A program made the position numbers and the translations under genes. 64,000 nucleotides of DNA, from NCBI GenBank assembly GCA_964035545.1, contig OZ037769.1, forward strand, positions 2,852,001 to 2,916,000, in the 5' to 3' direction. Below are positions 24,224 through 49,900 of the stretch, in pieces. Numbering within the stretch: the first letter of the stretch is position 1; each line of letters begins with the position of its first letter. This stretch comes from Bugula neritina (taxonomy: Eukaryota > Animalia > Bryozoa). The notes beneath the pieces were generated by a model. That model worked only from the letters and a program-made list of their open reading frames with translations, was not told the origin of the DNA and did no database searches.

Positions 24224-27200
24224 ATGCAGTTTGATGATATTCTAAAAACAGTGGGAGAATTTGGAAAATACCAGAAGACTAAATACTTTTTAATCTGCCT
24301 TTTTGGAATATTAGCGGCATTTTATGCTCTGATTTCAGTGTTTTCTCTTCACACACCTGGACACAGGTTAGTTGATATATGTATATTCTTAGTAATTATC
24401 ACAGCAAAACCTTTGCTATATTGATTTCATAGCATGGCTGAAGGACATTGAACGTAAATGAAGACACTATAACTACTGATTATTTAGGGTAAAAATAGCA
24501 TTGTACTACTTTGGTAACTTTTCTGCAAAGAGATTTTTCTTTTCTAATCCAAAATGGGTTAGCGATGCAATATTATCAAACAAAACACTAGTATATTATT
24601 TAAGGATGCATCTATATAATCCTAGTAGAAATCATGTGCTTTGATTAGAGAATTAATATATTATTGTCATTTATTTATTATTTAGATGTTTTCATAATTC
24701 ACTGATTGATGGCATATAATTTTAAGAATCAATTGTAACCAAAAATAAAGTAGCATCGTATACATTTATGACGTTAAATACTTTATGTACTATTAGTCAT
24801 CAGTACCTACATTATTATAGCAAATAAAATAAAATTGCAATTTATTTTGTTTTTTCCCCATTTTAGAAAAGTAACTCTACCTTATTTGTTCTAATTTTTA
24901 TTTCTTCTCTAATCCTACATGAAGCCTATATGTATTAGTGTTCAGCCATGATTAAATGACACTATCAGTATGAAGCAACAATATAATGGTTACGTTACAA
25001 TTAGTTAATTACAGTAGAACAATCATATAACTTACACCTTCTTAGTATGATTTCAGTAAAGAGAGTATTTACTAAGATCGAGCACGATTCACTCAAGCAC
25101 CGTGACTGTAACAATTGTATTATGCAGGCTCTAAAGCTATGCTTGTTAAATACAATCAAATATTTATAGCCTTAGACCCACTAATAATATATTTATAGAT
25201 GTGCATTGGCCGACTCTGTGTTCAACGGTACAGACACATGGGAATCTCAGTCTCCAGAGCATCTGCGACTCATAGAGAAGTATATTCCTACTGATGAGTC
25301 TGGAAAATTCTCAAAATGTGAGATTTTCAACTCCGAGGGGAATAAAACAGAATGTGACCGTTGGGTTTATGACGAGACGGAGCGGAAGTCAACCGTTGTA
25401 ACAGATGTAAGTTTATGTTGCTCTACTTTTAGTATTACGTGTTTCTGCTTTCTATTGTAGCTTCAAAATTAGTTTATCCTCATGTCTTTCTATTTACATG
25501 TGAAGTGGAACCTGGTGTGTGGCAACTCTTTCAGGGCTACTGCTTCTTCCTCCATGTTTATGTTTGGTAACTTGGCTGGATCTTTGCTTTCTGGTCTAGT
25601 CTCTGATTTGTAAGTAGGCCTACTCACAATAGAGAACTATACAGTAACTCTTTAGAATTTGTAAGTATTGACATTACACGGGCTATGACTCTTTATTTTG
25701 TAAGTATTAGAGAATATGATATAAATAAAAATTGTTAAAGAAATATTCAAATGAAATAAAATATTAAAGTGATAAATAAATAAGTAAATTTAAATAAATT
25801 AAATAAGACAGAAATGAATTAAAATAAAGGTAAACTCTAGTAGTTTTGCTACAATAAGGTTAGTGCAGACTATTATTTAAAAAAAAGAAATCTAGAACAA
25901 TTGTTGGCCATCTTTCATCAATCAGCTGTTATGCAAAGACTAATTATTTATTAAATTTGAACCTTCTAACTTGTTTATGTTTAGACTATAAAGCAGTATA
26001 TATAACTGGTTTTTACCAACAGATTATCAAGTGTGTCTAGAAGTCAAAGTATCTGTAGACTATATGAAGATCTGTATTACATTCGGTTACCCTGTTGTAG
26101 TCTGGGGAGAAGAAAGACCTTGCTGATAGGCATTATGGGTTCAGCAGTTACCGGCATAGCCATGAGTTTCGCTCCAGAATATTACTCCTTCACCATTCTC
26201 AGGTTCTTCTGTGGTGTATTCAGCATGGCCTTGTATCTAACCGGTTTTATTCTTGGTACAAGTTACAAATTATTTTTTTAATTATTCTCTTAAAGTCTTA
26301 AACCCTACTGAGCAATCACACCTAAAAGCAGCTACTTGTGTATGTACAAATGAAGCACTATACTTCATGTAGTTTTTGCCTTAGTTGCTAGATCAGTATA
26401 CAAGTTATAAAATTTAGAAACACCTTTTCCTTTTCATTGATAGAATTATAGTTAGCTGTATATTTTAATTTTATTTTACGCTAAGCATAATATTATATTC
26501 ACTTGTTACTTTACGGCATATTCAACATTACAATTATATCATTGCTCTGTGAAACTCAAACCTTTGATTTTCCTGAATTGGTTTGACTTGTGCTTATAGA
26601 AGCAATGATTAACTCTATAAGTCTAAACTTTGCTTTTTAAATCTAGACGGGCTCTTGAAACAGTTGCACCTGTTTGAATAGTTTTCCATTCAGTAGTTGC
26701 TATTAGCTACAGACTATAGTCACAATGCTGGGCTATATTTATCACAGCACAAACGCCATAATTACACTAATCACTGCTTACCCCCTGCCCCTCCCCCTTC
26801 TTATTCCCCTCTAAACAAATCTTTGAAACATTGAAGTTACAGGACACAATCTCAAAACAGACGGCTGAATGCACCATAAACAGAATTGATAAAATACTAA
26901 CTCATTAAATGACTATATCAACGTATAGAGTCAGAGAATTATCCAACTCTGATAAATTTTACTCAAGTTAGGCTGCCTCTCTCCCCCCACCCCCACCCAA
27001 ACATATATACCTTGGAATTAGGCCCGAAATTTAGCTTCAGGTTTAGTTTTAACTTTAGCTTTATAACTTACCAAAAACGCTACTATTATGGGTATAAAGC
27101 AGTTGTGGCTGTTGGTTTTCAAGCCTGATTGACTATAATATTATTAGCCAGAGCAATAAACCTTCATCTATGACGTGTTACAGGAATGGAGATGATAGGA

Positions 27201-30200
27201 CCGCAGCACCGACTGATAGTTGGCATCGTCATCAACTTTTTCTGGGCTGCAGGTTTCCTTCTCCTTATTGCTATTGGCTATTTCATCAGAACCTGGAAAT
27301 ATTTACAACTAGCCACTTCCTTACCAACTTTACTCTTCATCTCCTACTACTGGCAAGTATCTGATAACTGCTTATTAAGTTAGTTGAAGGTTTTCCACCT
27401 TTATTCTTATAAAGTCATCTACCATAATCACATGTGCTAAAAGGATACAATGAAATAATTTGGCATTTTTGCTAAACGTCTTAAGAAATTTAACAGCTTT
27501 GTATAAAAATTTGAAAAAAGTAATTGGGTAATTGCTGAAAAAATTAATTTAGCCAAGTTTATATTTTGTTGTAGCTGTAATACGAATGAGTTTAAAATCT
27601 TACTTTTAAAAGCTATAATTTTTGTTTGTCCAAACCATCAAAAACTGACTGACTTTTAAACTGCTTTAAAAAACATGCAACCCAGGTACAATTACAAGAC
27701 ATTAGTAAACTTGTTTTATATATTATGTAACTTTTATCATAGAAAATATATGGTCAATATCAGAGTGCAATAAGACGCTGTACTAATAATCCTAACGGCA
27801 GCTTGTCTTTTGACTAAATATAGTTTTGCATTCCTTTAATTGAATAGTAGCAATTTAGAACTTTACACATATTATGGTAGGTATAGACTATAGACAATTT
27901 TACAAGTTACTAGCCTGTTTTAAAACACTCTCTATATATGAGTTTTAAAATCGAAAGAAAATTCTGACTTTTATAACTACATATATGCATTTTATAAACA
28001 CAAAAAAAGGTATTTAAGAGACGAAAAAAATAAAATAATTGAATGGAAAAACAGAGAGCAAACCACTGCACCAAATAGGGAATGTAGAAGGTGGATTACG
28101 CTACAAATTGGAGTTGTTGTGTCACAAAAACATGTAACAAAAACTTCATACACACGCATGACCTTTAAACTTGAAATACTAATAATTATATAACAACCAG
28201 CGTAGAACATGGTCAAAGAGCTTCTCTGTTGTATTCAAGCACCTTTTGAGTTCAGCTGCTTGCAAATAGCATACGTACTTATTCCAAAATCATTTATACT
28301 ATCCACTGCAGGAATGGAAGAATTATCTTCCCTTGTCATTGCCAGGCTATACTAATATTATCCTTATTTATCACATGATATTATATCATAATGATTTAGT
28401 AATACAATGTAATATAATATCTTAGGTTGTTACCAGAATCTGCCAGGTGGTTGTTGGTAAAAGGAAGAAATGCTGAGGCAGAGCAGGTTATATTGAATGT
28501 TGCAAAAACCAATGGTAAGTAAACAGAGTAGGTGTAATGTAAGTAATAGTAAGTAAATAGAGTAGGTGTGATGTAAGTATTAATAAGTAAACAAGGTAAG
28601 AGTAATTTTTCAACAAAAATTTGAATGATGTGGTATCTACATTTTATAATAGAGGCCTCAACCTATACAATACTATTGTGCTTTGTTATTCAAGAGTTAT
28701 TCTCTCTTAGTCTGTTAGCTTTTTTGATGCCTTATATTATATAAGAATGAAAGTCAAACTTGAATTTGATAAAAACATTAGCATCTAAACTTTGTTATTA
28801 TTACAACTAATATACGTTCCTTTGTAAGTTAAAAACAATAGACCTGCAATGAGATTTTAACTCGTATATAAATAGGAGCTAGCCATTCTTAGGTTCACAA
28901 CTTGCTTCAGTACTTTTTACTATCAGGCTTATTATATATAGGTTGAAAGAATGTTACAAATTCTAACCCTGACAGCATGATTTTACTATTATTTTGTGTG
29001 AACTGTTGTAGAAATGGGTGCTACATAAAGTTCCGTGCTTGTTACACATAGTTGTGTTCAATCATAATATTATCTTTTATAAATTTTACAAGCAATATAA
29101 GTTAAAAGAAACTTGAATATCGTATAATGATTGCATTTATTGATGTATATTTTATGTTAATAATAGTTGTAAATACTTGTTATTATATTATAGATATAAG
29201 AATAAAAATTAATGTCATGGTTTTTGTCAAATATTATATTTTGACAGGCAAGGCTATTCCCACTGATATGCTATCAAAAATAGAGGAACCGAAAACAGTG
29301 GAAAAGCTAAGCACACTGAAAAAATCCCCTAGATTTCTTTGCAGGACGGTAGTTGTCTTGCTTAACTGGTGAGGAGACAACTCTATACAAATATACTTGA
29401 AAATGTATGATATAGAATGTGGAACATTTCATTTAGTTAAATCTTTATTAAACTAAATTAGTGAGTACCTTCAACAAAAAGTAAAAATATTAACACATTA
29501 ATTGATTGAATTTTAAAAGAAGATTATAAAATAGCTATATTTATTTAGATAGTGATTTTTTTGAAATGATAAAGTTAAAGCTTCTACTCTTTTAACATTT
29601 GCTAAAGTCAATATGTTCATCTAAAAGTTGCTACGGATATTATATGTTTTGTCATACCTGTTTGTGAAATCCTAGAGGAAACTATTTTCATGACTACCCG
29701 CTGTATTTTCTAGGTTTGTCATATCTATAACCTACTATGGCCTGTCATTTAACAGCGGCAACTTGCCGGGTTCCCTCTACGTCAACCTGACAATCAGCGC
29801 TGTAGCTGAAGTCATCGGGTACTCTATATGCTTTCTCTGTTTTGTGTCTGGACGTAAGGCTATGCATGTGGTGGCCATGATCATCGGTGGTTTAGCCATC
29901 ATTTCCTCTGTCCCCGTTCTCTACTTGTTCCAAGGTAAATATTGTTGCAATTAGCATTACTGCCGCTATGACTTTTGTGTTTGGACTTTACATAAGCTGG
30001 GAAAGCTTTTCCCTAATTCATTATATCTTTTCTTGTATCATCACAGCTATGCCAGCTATATTATGCTTTTCCACACTCATTATGGCTACTACACAATATC
30101 TAACCTTTTTGAGTGGTATAAAAACCCTGAATTGGGGTAATCGTAATTGTAATTGGTTGTAATTAATTGCATTTTTTCAAGTAATTAAATGTAATTTGTA

Positions 30201-32924
30201 ATTGGTGTATAAAAATGTAATTGTAATTGTAATTGCAATTGTAATTAATTACATATCTAATGTAATTGACTTTTACAATTGCTTTATAATTACTTTTAAT
30301 CTTAAAAATTTCATACTTTTCCTACTATACCTACTGTTAAATAACAAATTCAGATTAATTCAATATAGTATAATATCACTGTTGAAAACAAAGGAGGTTC
30401 ACCACTGTCAAAATTGTACCTGGTAATTGGACCCTAGAAGTGGGATTATATAACTTCTATTTATCCCTTGCAAGAACAAAAGTAATTGTAATAGTAATTA
30501 ATTTACATTTATATGTAATTGACCCTAACCCTGAATTAAAAACCCATCATTTTTACTTATCATGACACTTGCGTCTTGCAACTTGCCACTTGAAACTTGC
30601 AACTACACTTGTAACTTATGATGTAACGTTTTTTCTTTCAGTCTTACATAAAAAACTTGTACAATTTAAAACACAAAATTTTGGTTAGTTATGCTATCTT
30701 GTTTTAGTATAAATATAGAGCAACATATTAGCGACATAAACGTTGTTGAATCTAGTAGTAAAATGTTATCACGTGACAAACATCCTTTTTCACTTTTTTA
30801 GGATCAGAAGATCAAAAAAACACAATTTTCATTGTGCTGAACAACATTGGTAAAGTGGGGATAACCATCGGGTTTGCTGTCATTTATTTCTGGTCTGTTG
30901 AGATTTTCCCAACAGTTCTGAGAAACTCTTTGATGGGTATTAGTTCCACATTTGCTCGGGTTGGGTCTATATTTGCTCCCGTCATTGCAGACCTTGTAAG
31001 TTTCCACTGTAATATTTCAAACATGAAGACACAGCAAAGTTTTTAGGCATAAATGCACACTTTTATAAAAAAAATTTCACTACTAATGCAGTATGAAATA
31101 GACACTTAATGTAGGTGTAGCTATAACAACTTTTGCTCTTTCCTTACCTTATTTGATATTCTTTATATAGAAATATTTAAATAATGAAAATTAAAGGAAA
31201 CTTATGTTCTTAGATTTTAAAGTGTACATAACATAGCATAGTTACAATATAATGATGTTTGCACTTACTCCAGATTATGATTTCTAAGCGTTATATTATT
31301 TCTTAAGATATGTAAAAATTAATATATGAATTTTTAGCATATAATTTGAGTTGCAACTTTTTATTGATAGTGCATAGAGAAGTTGCAGTGATAGTCAACT
31401 GTAAATTAGGAAAGTTATGCTCTCTTCTATTATTTTTGACCATCCTATATGAAATCATCAATCATTCCCATTTAGTACTGTAGGCTATTGGGAGTTGTCT
31501 GCTATATTGCTTCTTTTCGGAAGTTTTTCGATATGATTTGAGGCCCAGCATTAGCTTCTGAAACGAGCTCCGAATGTTACATTGCGTTGCACTAAATACT
31601 AGTTACTGTCTTTAAAGTCTGTCTGACTTTAATCTAAAAGCTATAATCACATCAAAGTGCAGAGTCTGCTTTACATTAAGGTGATTGCTGACATCGCTGG
31701 CATTGCTGACAGCTTCAGTGATTCAGTTACACAGAAAGTCTGTCACAGCTGAACTTTACATGAACCAGACTATGTAGCTCTGATTTTAGTAGCAGCACGG
31801 CATTTAGATCCTGCAGTGTAAATATGATGACAACACAATAAAATCTGTGTAACAGGAGCAGCCGTCTTTAATGCAATATTTACTAGTGTTAGAATTTAAG
31901 ATTTGGCATGTATACCAGAAATTTTGGCATCTTTTAAACTCAAAGCTGTGCATATTTTTCAGTGTATTATTATGCTGCCATTTTTAATATTAAAATGTTT
32001 GTCATTACAACAAGTGGATAGAAGAAGCAAATGGCTAGCCGGGATATCAATTTCTGCTGTATTACACTTACCTTAAACTTACATGCAAACTTATAAACTA
32101 TCTTCAGGCAAAGTTAGTACCGAGTAAACACAGCAGTATGTTACCCCCCATGATATTTGGAATATTCACCATCAGTGCAGGACTTCTCTCCCTCATTCTA
32201 CCAGAAACAACAGACAAAGTACTTCCAGAAACTATTGCTGAGGCTAATGTCTTCCCAAAGTAAGTGTTGGATCATCAGATACCAACATTACATACGGCGC
32301 AGGGCGTAGGTCATTGATAAGCATCATTGAAGCAAATATTAACTATTTGATGGAGTTAAAAAGATGCTTCAAGTTAATTTTAAAATACCTATATCTTTGT
32401 TTAAAAAATCTAACTTTAGTGACATTTCAAATCATGGAACTGAACTTAGGAAGGCATGGGAATTACTTGTATGTTTTTTCCAGAATTATAAATATCTTTT
32501 TAAATTACACATAATCAATCCGTTGTTTGAATGCATTCCCTAGAATTAATTATTTATTTGAAAAATGTGGCAATTAAATGAACTGACACTAAAATTATTA
32601 TGTATATAGTATAATATAGAATGGGTAGCTATCTCATAGCATAGTTAATGGTAGCATATCATATGGTAGCATAGCATATGGTAGCATAGCATAGCACATA
32701 GCATATGGTGCCAGGGGTTAATTTCCTAACCGTGAAGCAATTTTAGGCAATTGTTTTAATTCACATACTGTAATGCAGTTGATTGTTTATTTCAAGTTAT
32801 TTATAGCTGGTAATTTATATAAATGTATTGCTAATTTATTGTTTTATTTTGTAGAAAATTAGAAAATAAAGAAAATGAGATGATAGATGAAACTAAAGAG
32901 TATTTTGAGAGTACAAAAATATGA
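24224..32924 (+). CDS. SLC22-family (MFS) organic ion transporter, copy A, 11 exons
   Basis: Approximate exons: 24224-24366, 25199-25406, 25506-25609, 26101-26255, 27184-27352, 28426-28514, 29249-29368, 29714-29934, 30802-30995, 32108-32259, 32855-32924. Motifs: MQFDDILKTVGEFGKYQK, STVVTDWNLVC, SDxLGRRK, LPESARWL, YYGLS, EIFPTVLRN, LPET. Confidence 0.93.
30128..30532. mobile_element. MITE-like element with (GTAATT)n repeats, same family as 11152-11358
   Basis: Ends TTGGGGTAAT... and ...GTAATTGACCCTAACCCTG. Confidence 0.65.
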
Positions 32925-35005
32925 CGCAATCAAAGAGACAATTTATTTCATACCTCAAGATTAGGCATCTCTCACTGTATGTTGTATACAAATAGCAATG
33001 TGCAGCTATTGACGGTTTATAATACATGATAGGCAATTTTATATATCTAACTGTACAGTTATGGTGTTAATTTTACCACAATTATCAGAATATTATTATC
33101 AAAATGAAGTTTTCCATTCAATCTGCTAAGTTTTGAACGTAATATTATGTTTGTGTCATAATCATCAATTTTCACAAAACTATAAATCATTTCAGAAAAG
33201 CCTAGTGTGTAACATTATTTGTCATGCAAAAACAGGTGATTTTAAAACAGTTGTAGCAAATTTAATTTACTTTAATTATTTTGTTGAAATTCCCTTACCA
33301 TATTCAGTATAATATGTTTATTCAGTAAGTTTTTTACTATATTCTTTTGAAAAAGCTTGAGCATTGTATGAGGCCTTTTTTCAACAGTATTTTTCTCTCC
33401 TTGTATTGAAATTAATGTCAGCTTTTTAACTCCAGCTTTACTAGTCTAAAAAGCATTGAGCCTCCACACATATTCTGAAACATAATTATAGCTTTATAAA
33501 AATGTTACTCACATACAAGTACTGATAATCATTATGATACAAGACAGACTCTGCTCTAAGTTCTTGCAATTACTAGTTAGTCATTACTGCAATAATCGAT
33601 GCTTAATAAAAAATATCTCACAGGCTATGATGAAACAACTTTCATAGCAACAGCAAATATTGTTTTGCATTCATAAATATTTCAACAGGTATAAGGCAGA
33701 AAAAATGTAAAGCTATTCCGTGTTTTCTCTTCTAAAACTAAAGCTGTTAACTCTTATGTATTACTACAATGTTATATTATACAAATTTTTGTTCTGAGAA
33801 TATATTACTTGCATGCTTTGAAAATCAGATTTGAAAGAATTTTAAGTTAAAAATGCTGTTGAATCTAAAAATTAATACTTGTCACTGTATGGAATTCTGC
33901 CAACCACAGTGACTACTAATTACTAGTTACATGAATATTCAATTTGCTATTAAAACTTTTTATTCCGTAAACATGATAGAAATGAACTGGATACTTTCAA
34001 GATTTTAATGAATGCAGGAAATTTTTATTTACAATTCAATAAACTTCCAACCATTAATTATAACTTATAAATGTAAAAAGTACCATATTATTTGGATGAT
34101 GTAATACATTGATTATATAGCAATCAGCCATGCTAATAACTATTGAACTTTGATAATGAATAATGCCCATAGTTATAGAAACACTATGACAAACAACTAT
34201 AAATGCTATACCCTGAGAAAGAGAAAGTTATGTGAAGTAATTAGTGTAGCTGCACTGCAGCTGCTTCATAACTGACATGACCAGTTTATATCTAAAACGA
34301 CAATTCTTAAGCATGTGAATCAGCAAAAGTTGCTGATCTTTAATTGCAAAGGCAATATTGTATTGAATTAAGCCTCGTCTCAGCCCCCCAACACCTCCTG
34401 ATTCACCCCCCAACTTACCCCTTTAACACACTCTTTTAACATGGCCAATAACACATCCACAATGCATTGGGCATTTAGAATATCAATGAGAAATGCATTT
34501 TACTTGCAATAAACTAAACAATTTACATATTTTTGCTGAATTGTACTAAAACAGAGCATAATAATAGCAGCTTCTACAACCCTATATATACAAAATGTGA
34601 TATTAATGACATTTCAGCACAGAAGAGAAATAAATTATTTATAGCCTGTGTAACTATCTTACAGTGTTAACTTTGCCAACAAGATTCTTAGAATTGATCA
34701 TTTATAGAATAATTTTACCTAACTCTAAGGCTATCTAATCTTGTGTAAGATTTACTGAATGATTGCAAACGTGATAAGAAGTTGTAACATTACTCCTGGT
34801 CAGCTATTTGAAAAACATCTAACAGCTATCAATATTCACTTAGTGCAATGAATTCCAGATGTTTTAGAAATTAGAAGCTGTAAAGTCTAGAAACATGAAA
34901 CACATTTCTAGTCAAAGGCAGTGACAACATAATAACATCCAGTTCATGACTCTGTGTAAAACAATGCAATATCCCTACAGGCTACATTGTCATTTAGGAG
35001 CATGA

Positions 35006-35523
35006 TAGTGGAGAAATTGGGATAGCTTAAGTTCTTCAAATTTCTTTATAAATTTTGGTTTGGTTTGGGGTGCGGCTTGAAATTCTTGCGAAAACATAAC
35101 TTCTTTTGCTACATTTCTAATCTAGAATACAGGCTTTCTCGATTACTGAACCTACCTCTACATTGTTATTTGATAGAATCGCTTTACTGTAGTATATATT
35201 ACACATATCCCAGTGGTAACTGGAGCAATCATGGCTCAGTGGTTAAAGGGCTAACTTAGTGTGCTAGATTCTCTTTAGGTCCAGTCTCATAGCATATATA
35301 ACGGTCCTTAATTTCAGTTTTTCTAGAAGCTAGCATAGTACCAAACTGGCAGCGGTAAGCTAAGAAGATGAACTTGACTTGGCAGCAAAATGGGTATTTC
35401 TAATTCTATTACAGAGAACAGTCAACCCCGCAGCTGATGGTACGGCAAAAATTTCAACCCTCCCCCCAAACCAAAATTTATAAAGAAATTTAGAGAACTT
35501 ATGCTATCTCAGTTTCTCCACTG
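35006..35523. mobile_element. Non-autonomous DNA element with ~75-bp imperfect TIRs
   Basis: AGTGGAGAAATTGGGATAGCTTAAGTTCTTCAAATTTCTTTATAAATTTTGGTTTGG is inverted against CCAAACCAAAATTTATAAAGAAATTTAGAGAACTTATGCTATCTCAGTTTCTCCACT. Confidence 0.75.
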
Positions 35524-36253
35524 CTGCACCTGAATGACAGCTATTGGGTGTAATGTGCTCAACTCTAGAATTTTATCATCAGACAGTGGAGCAACGATAA
35601 ATTGTTTACCACCTAGCATAAATAAATAACATTTATAAAATTCAAGTATGCACAAACTTTAGACAATTTTATTATAGTAATAATATACATAAAGATGGTG
35701 AAGGTTTTCTTGACCTTTGAACGACCTTATCTTATTGACATAAAGATCGGAGCCAAATGTTGGGAGCCTAAAGAGTCTGCATAGAAAATCAAGAGACAGA
35801 AACAGCATGGTTTACGGAGAAACTTTTAGATCATACAATTTCTGGGCTGTAATTTCTCATCAGACACGAAATCTTCAAAACTTTGCTTTACATTCAATAA
35901 TGATCATTTTGATGAATGTGAAATGAAACATCAACAAAAATTATAATAAGTTGGGTGACAACTTATTATAATATAATTCTTTTTATGCAAAGCTCAAGCT
36001 AATATTATTAAAATAATTTTTTTCTAATTTGCTTTAGCCCGAAGTAAATCAATGCCATACCTGTCCAGTATAATGCGATAAACTATCATGATATAATACA
36101 TATACTGCATATAATTACACTAAAGTTTGTCATAGCATGTTACTATAGCATTACAGAAGGCTTTAGTGTTGTAACCTTTGACCCTGCTATGAGAGACCCG
36201 TTGCCCTACTCTGTACAGCCTATCATTTGTCAACTCACAGTTCATCAGTAATC

Positions 36254-47907
<11,654 letters not shown>

Positions 47908-48248
47908 AGCAATCAAAGAGAGGATTTATTCTATACAATAAGAATATGCATTTCATTCTTTATAATGTACAGACAGCAGTGTGCAGATAGGAACTATTAT
48001 ATAGTATAGCATCGGATAGATTAACATATATGTGTACAATATTAAAATACCTATTTTCTCACATTCAATTGGAAAAATGTTAAGACAAAGATTACAGTTT
48101 TTTGTAATTATTGATGATTTTTTTTAGACTTTTGTAATAAATTTATAATCAAAAAGTTATAAAATATTGCATTTCAATTACATTATTGTCATCAACATAA
48201 TTCCAGCATTTCTTCAATGGCCTACTGTAGTATGCTTTATATTGATAT

Positions 48249-48554
48249 TGTGGTGGCTCGTGGAGCTACCAGCAACACAACACGCAAGGTTGCGTATTGA
48301 CCCGGAACAATGTATTAGCCAATTAGCTAAGCTGTTTGATAGGTAATAGTAGCCGCTTCGCGCTACTAGCTCAGTTGAGGATAGTGCTGTAAACTAAATA
48401 GACGTGCGTATCATTACTGTTGTACATTGGATTTTTTATTATGTATTCTTGTATTAAATATAACGATATCTACTCGACTTAACTGGTGAAGTTTCTCTAG
48501 TGTTAAATAGACTCTCTTGGTGACACATCAACCCTAAATCTGAAAACTATAACA
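48249..48554 (+). mobile_element. Solo LTR of a second, related LTR family
   Basis: 306 bp, TGT...ACA ends, flanked by ATAT on both sides (48245-48248, 48555-48558). Shares CCAATTAGC and TAAATATAA...TACTCGAC motifs with the neighbouring LTR. Confidence 0.75.
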
Positions 48555-48949
48555 ATATATATTGTAGTGAGTAGTGCAAGTACAAATACAGGAATCGCCC
48601 TCTCCCTATTCTTGGAATACTTAGACTCTTATGTAGCAACCAATTAGCAGCTCCGGAAGATATGCTTCCGAGTCACGTGACACTTCCCGGGTTAATAAGA
48701 TTATATCACGTTGTTGTAAGCGGAGGCTTGTAGTAGTAACATGTGTTAGTAGTTGACTCTTGTATAGGATAATTTGATGTGATGTTTGTTTTATGCTTTA
48801 TTGTGGATAATAAATATAATTACTCGACAGCTACCCTAGTAATTGATAACAGAATAACCAGCTAACTATACGCAAGTAAATAACTCACGCTCAGTAATTG
48901 CACAAATTACTACAGTGGTGGCAGCAGTGGGATCTTGCGTATAGCAGTC

Positions 48950-49900
48950 ATGGCAGAAGACGGCACGGAGCTACCCATTCCACTGAATGAAGGTGAGAGA
49001 GATAATGTTGATATACCTGTGGAACCAGTGGTGTTAGATGAAGAAGTGAGAATTCTTAGAGGGCATGGTGAAGATAGATACCGGCTGAAGGCGCCCACCT
49101 TCACTGGCGAAGAAGCAGTGGAGCAGTTTATTCAAGAATTCCAAGATGTGATGGAGATTGCAGAATGGCCGCCAAGGGTGGCGTTGCTAAAGCTCAGGAT
49201 GGCGCTGACGGGCAAAGCTAAGCCGTACGGAGCTGGACCTGACATAGACGGAATCTTTGCTTCCCTGCGGGCCCGTTTTGGCATCTCTCCCATAGATGCG
49301 CGGGCCCGTCTACAGAGGATGCGGCGTGATCCTCACACGTCACTAGAAGAGCACGCTGCCACGGTGTACCCATTAGCGCAGATCGCATTCCGCGATCTGC
49401 CTCCGGTACACCGTGAGAGGTATACCTATGATGCCTTCGTGCAGTCCATCAACGACTTGGGGCTCCACCATCAACTCCAAGCGAGGGGAGTCACCACAGT
49501 CGAAGATGCACTTGCGGTGGGAGAAGCCTATCTCTTGGCGACTCATATGCACCGCAACCGCGTGGCCTCCCGCCAGGTGACCACGGAGCACTCTACTGCT
49601 CACACCGAAGTAAATGCGGAACCCTCCGCGGTGGCTAATGTGAACCAGATGTCACTAGTGTCAAAAATCTCACAGATGACTGACATGCTAGATAAGCTGG
49701 TCACCACATTAGCCTCCCCAAGCCAGGTAGATACTGCCCGTGAGCCTTGCGGGCCGCAGGTACAATCACCAGACATGGGGCACCACTTCTGCTGGGAATG
49801 CGGAAGGCCAGGACATTTCCAGAGAAACTGCCCTCAACTCCCACCAGGGTTAAACTACCCCGGCCCGCAGATGTTCCCACCTCCTGCGGGCCGTCTGTAA
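48950..49900 (+). CDS. gag: Gag-like protein with CCHC zinc knuckle
   Basis: ATG at 48950 just after the PBS. Capsid-like PTFTGEEAVEQFIQEF and knuckle CWECGRPGHFQRNC. Confidence 0.9.
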   Translation: MAEDGTELPIPLNEGERDNVDIPVEPVVLDEEVRILRGHGEDRYRLKAPTFTGEEAVEQFIQEFQDVMEIAEWPPRVALLKLRMALTGKAKPYGAGPDIDGIFASLRARFGISPIDARARLQRMRRDPHTSLEEHAATVYPLAQIAFRDLPPVHRERYTYDAFVQSINDLGLHHQLQARGVTTVEDALAVGEAYLLATHMHRNRVASRQVTTEHSTAHTEVNAEPSAVANVNQMSLVSKISQMTDMLDKLVTTLASPSQVDTAREPCGPQVQSPDMGHHFCWECGRPGHFQRNCPQLPPGLNYPGPQMFPPPAGRL

